DNA of 63,886 nt, counting the filler, from an uncultured bacterium (lineage in GTDB: Bacteria; JAGOEH01), in NCBI GenBank assembly GCA_964632485.1. It is 4 parts of 4 records of this genome, joined end to end, with 100 filler letters (N's around TTAATTAATTAA, not from the genome) between each part and the next. Parts side by side here need not be neighbours in the genome. Positions count along the whole stretch, not along the records: positions 61,864 to 63,886 come from CAZWDO010000059.1; 3 more parts are not named here. One strand, given 5' to 3'. Both the position numbers and the translations under genes were made by a program. This document shows, in pieces, positions 62,357 through 63,886 of this stretch. Position 1 is the first letter of the stretch, and each line of letters starts with the position of its first letter. The notes beneath the pieces were generated by a model. That model was not told the origin of the DNA and did not search any database. It saw only the letters and a list, made by a program, of their open reading frames with translations.

Positions 62357-63688
62357 ATGAAATATTTGAAATCTAAAATTCTAATGATTCTAACGGTCAT
62401 TTTAATTCAAATTTTTATTCCAATCAATTCTTTTCCCCAAAATGTCAATAGCAACGATAGTATTCAACTCACCGGCAGAAATCGTTTGGAGATTATTGGA
62501 AAAATTAAAGAAATCTTTATCGAATACTACCCATTGCCCGAAGTTTCATTAGCAATGATCAATCAGATATACAAGAAACAAAGACTGGGCAACTACAATC
62601 AATTTGAAAATTTAAATGATTTCACTTCTCAAATAACAAAGGATATGCGAAAAGTATCAAATGATGATCATATTCGGGTTTATCCCTACGAAAAGATACC
62701 AGATGATTTATTGGCTGAAACGAAACTGGGATATTCTGAAAACAATTATGGTTTTCAAAAAGTTGAAATACTGCCCGGAAATATTGGCTACATAAACTTA
62801 ACGACATTCAACAATCCGAAAACAGCAGGGACAACTGCAATTGCCGCCATGAATTTTGTCGCCAACAGCAAGGCTTTGATTATCGACCTTCGGCTAAATG
62901 GTGGAGGCGATGAAGCAATGGCTCAATTGATCAGCAGTTATTTTTTCGATAAAAGTACGCATTTATCTGATAATTTTACTTATAAAGACGGCATAAGCGA
63001 GCAATTATGGACACAGGAATGGGTTCCGGGTAAAAGAATGACCGAAGCGCCAATTTATATCCTGATGAGCCATTATTCATATTCCTCCGCGGAAGCCCTG
63101 GCATATCAGCTACAACAATTGAATAGAGCTAAAATTGTTGGGGAAAAAACAAGAGGAGGAGCGCATGGTGTACGATACATGAGTTTTCCTGAAATAGGAA
63201 TCAATCTGAAAGTACCCTATTCGCGGGAAATAAATCCGTATTCCAAGACCAACTACATCGGCGGCGTGATACCGGATATTCCCTGCTCTTCGGACCAGGC
63301 ATTGATTGTTGCGCATTTGGAAGCCGCAAAGGAATTACTAAGGACTGAATCAGATAGTGAAAAAAAATATAAATTGGAATGGTCCATTGAAGGGAACAAA
63401 ATTGCATTAGATCCATTGATTCTCGATCATCAACAGCTATTGGAATATCAAGGCACGTATGAGAACGTAAAAATCTGCATTGAGCGCGCCCGGTTAATGC
63501 TTCAAAGGGGTGAGGCCATACTGGAGGAAATGATACCGATGGGAAATGATATTTTTAAATATAAGGATACTAATCAAGAAAAATACCGCGTTCAATTTAC
63601 AAGAGATACGCAAGGCCACATTGATGGATTATATGAATTTGACAGTGACGGGGATCGCTATCCATTAAAGCGACTGATTAACGAATAA
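62357..63688 (+). CDS. Secreted S41-family peptidase
   Basis: Signal peptide; GNIGYI, ALIIDLRLNGGG, SSAEALA, VGEKTRGGA, GVIPDI. Confidence 0.92.
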   Translation: MKYLKSKILMILTVILIQIFIPINSFPQNVNSNDSIQLTGRNRLEIIGKIKEIFIEYYPLPEVSLAMINQIYKKQRLGNYNQFENLNDFTSQITKDMRKVSNDDHIRVYPYEKIPDDLLAETKLGYSENNYGFQKVEILPGNIGYINLTTFNNPKTAGTTAIAAMNFVANSKALIIDLRLNGGGDEAMAQLISSYFFDKSTHLSDNFTYKDGISEQLWTQEWVPGKRMTEAPIYILMSHYSYSSAEALAYQLQQLNRAKIVGEKTRGGAHGVRYMSFPEIGINLKVPYSREINPYSKTNYIGGVIPDIPCSSDQALIVAHLEAAKELLRTESDSEKKYKLEWSIEGNKIALDPLILDHQQLLEYQGTYENVKICIERARLMLQRGEAILEEMIPMGNDIFKYKDTNQEKYRVQFTRDTQGHIDGLYEFDSDGDRYPLKRLINE

Positions 63689-63886
63689 TTTACACCCCAT
63701 ACCGGCGCAAAGCAAATTTAGCCGGAAAATCGACACTGTGGCCGATAGGAAACCGCCATGAAACGCGCAGCTCAAAAAGCACGTGAACTTGCGGAAAAAA
63801 CGGGTTCGGGACCGGTTATTATAAAAGACGGGCTGATTATTGAAGAGCGCCCGGAATGACGGAGAAGGGAACTATTCGCTATCCGG

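Noticed and set aside
63758-63859. Small ORF MKRAAQKARELAEKTG..., reminiscent of short proteins beside zeta-toxin-like ATPases
   Set aside because: Only 33 aa at the window edge with no partner gene visible; too weak to call
1-63886. tRNA or rRNA genes
   Set aside because: No cloverleaf/T-loop or rRNA signature recognised

Overview
Draft or metagenome-style scaffold made of four contigs, joined by 100-nt N spacers that carry a TTAATTAATTAA all-frame-stop linker (20249-20348, 33198-33297, 61764-61863). Two further 10-N gaps lie inside contigs. Several secreted proteins with a (N)YPNPFN FlgD-Ig/T9SS-type tail, plus TonB receptors, suggest an FCB-group bacterium such as KSB1 or Calditrichota (inference). 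Contig 1 (1-20 kb) holds PAS/GAF/HD-GYP/MCP signalling genes (two kinases truncated), glycerate kinase, a decayed IS1634 and a TonB receptor-YfiR pair. Contig 2 (20-33 kb) holds three secreted vWA proteins with a sigma54-type promoter layout, two beta-barrel paralogs and an NHL/discoidin protein. Contig 3 (33-62 kb) holds a complete type I-B CRISPR-Cas locus with a 43-repeat array, an AAA/PD-(D/E)XK gene, a TonB-TPR-LytS/LytTR operon, a decayed restriction-modification island, and an integron-like locus with a dead integrase and two clear attC-bounded cassettes. Contig 4 holds an IS66 remnant and an S41 peptidase. Standout: the leader-distal end of the CRISPR array runs directly into at least three tandem ~1.2-kb cassettes. 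Each encodes a phage MuF (head morphogenesis) domain fused to a variable toxin-like tip, and the two complete cassettes also carry a small immunity-like gene. The cassettes are separated by 27-bp truncated CRISPR repeats that keep the hairpin and the ATTGAAAC handle, so they look like gene-sized toxin/immunity 'spacers'. All family calls come from motif recognition by eye; no database searches were run.
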